A stretch of 64,000 bases of DNA, taken from Pocillopora damicornis (Eukaryota). The translations under genes were made by a program, and so were the position numbers. Shown piece after piece: positions 62,760 to 64,000 of the stretch (the stretch's first letter is position 1; each line of letters begins with the position of its first letter). The stretch covers positions 186,001-250,000 of the forward strand of contig NW_020846334.1 in the NCBI RefSeq assembly GCF_003704095.1, in the 5' to 3' direction. The notes beneath the pieces are model-generated. The model did no database searches. It was not told the DNA's origin and saw only the letters and a program-made list of their open reading frames with translations.

Positions 62760-64000
62760 AAGAGGCCACCATTATGCTAGACGAAAGGTCGTGAATATGT
62801 CTTGGAGTTTCTCAAAGCTTTGACAGTTAATTGTTGACTAATCAGCGCATACTTTTTGATAAACTGTTTTTTGTTTTGTTTTGATATTTGAATGTGACAT
62901 TTCTGTGGCGAGCAATTAACTAGGTAATTTTTAATAAACGCTTGAAGTAGAAGTGTAACTAGTCTCAACCCGTTTTAATTTCAAAAAGGCTTTCTGGTAT
63001 TAAAAACCTTTTCGTAAATGCAAGCTTCAGATTTCAATCGAGACCTTTCAAACTAAGATGTACACATAGTATAAACGAGCTAATGAGGACTCAAAGAAGG
63101 TCATGTCACCAAATTTAATTGGTCGAATATTTGGCACGTAATTTTTTAATTGATTACAATTACAGAGCGTCGAGAAATCAAACCGATACAATTCCAAATT
63201 ACCTTTGATTATACCGCCTTATAATAAGATGATAATAATAATAATAGTAATGTTATTAATCCAGGAAGTTCACATCACCAAAGGTGTTATTCAGTGAGAC
63301 CCTGCCCACCCACCTACAAAGAAGCGTTTGGGACAAGCTACCCCCATATGTCAATAATCAATAAGGTTATCCATCCCAATAAGGCGTTGGTCCAAGGCTT
63401 TCATTAGGAGAAATGGGTGAGGTTCAGCTCCAAATATCACAAACCAAAACAAAATTCATATTGAGCTTTTTTGACTACAGCTCAGCCCTCTCGAGCTTTT
63501 ATAACCCTTGTATTTTTAATTTTTAGCTTTATGTTAAGTCGGACCTTTGAGGTTAAAGGATTTATTTGATTAAAACATTCAGCCCCCGATAGACAAAACG
63601 TTCTTCTTTATTCATTTGTCTATTTACTTATTTTAATTCGTAGTTGTACGAACTGTTTGATTGGAAAACGTTCTCCTAAATTTAATAAAGCAGACAACGG
63701 GGTTTAAAAAGCAGCTCCTTCACTTCCGCTTTTAAGTTTTCTGTTTCTAGTCTTAGCTTGTATGAAAAACACTACTGTTCGTCGTGGAAGTCGGCAGATT
63801 TCCGTTTTCTTGAGCAAGCTCAGTTATAACGTCAAGTCTTACGCCGCCGTTACTATACCCGTCTTTTAATGAAAATGTACCCTTGCCAGAGTTCTTGGTT
63901 GCAGAGCTTCTCAGTGACACAGCTCTTCGCCAATTCAGTCGAGGGAGTTTCCTTCGGGTACGGATTATTTTGCGCGAATCTTTCCCTCCGTTCTCTGTTT

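Overview
AT-rich eukaryotic genomic DNA with GT-AG introns and five N-gaps. The gene and repeat content suggests an anthozoan, probably a stony coral (inference). The window is dominated by a cluster of seven CUB-domain cell-surface genes. Four are paralogues of one family: A0 (only its two signal-peptide exons are inside the window, minus strand), A (8 CUB + TM, minus), B (5 CUB + TM, plus) and C (7 CUB + TM, plus). The other three are D (3 CUB, possibly GPI-anchored) and E and F (single CUB + TM). All CUB exons with visible boundaries are symmetric phase-1. Also present: an intronless class A GPCR, an intronless uncharacterised ORF apparently nested on the same strand in intron 2 of gene C, a 4-exon ammonium transporter (Amt), Penelope-like retroelement remnants with hammerhead-ribozyme-like cores, tRNA-derived SINEs and many MITEs. 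Gene models were built by hand from splice signals, frame arithmetic and paralogue comparison; no database search was run.
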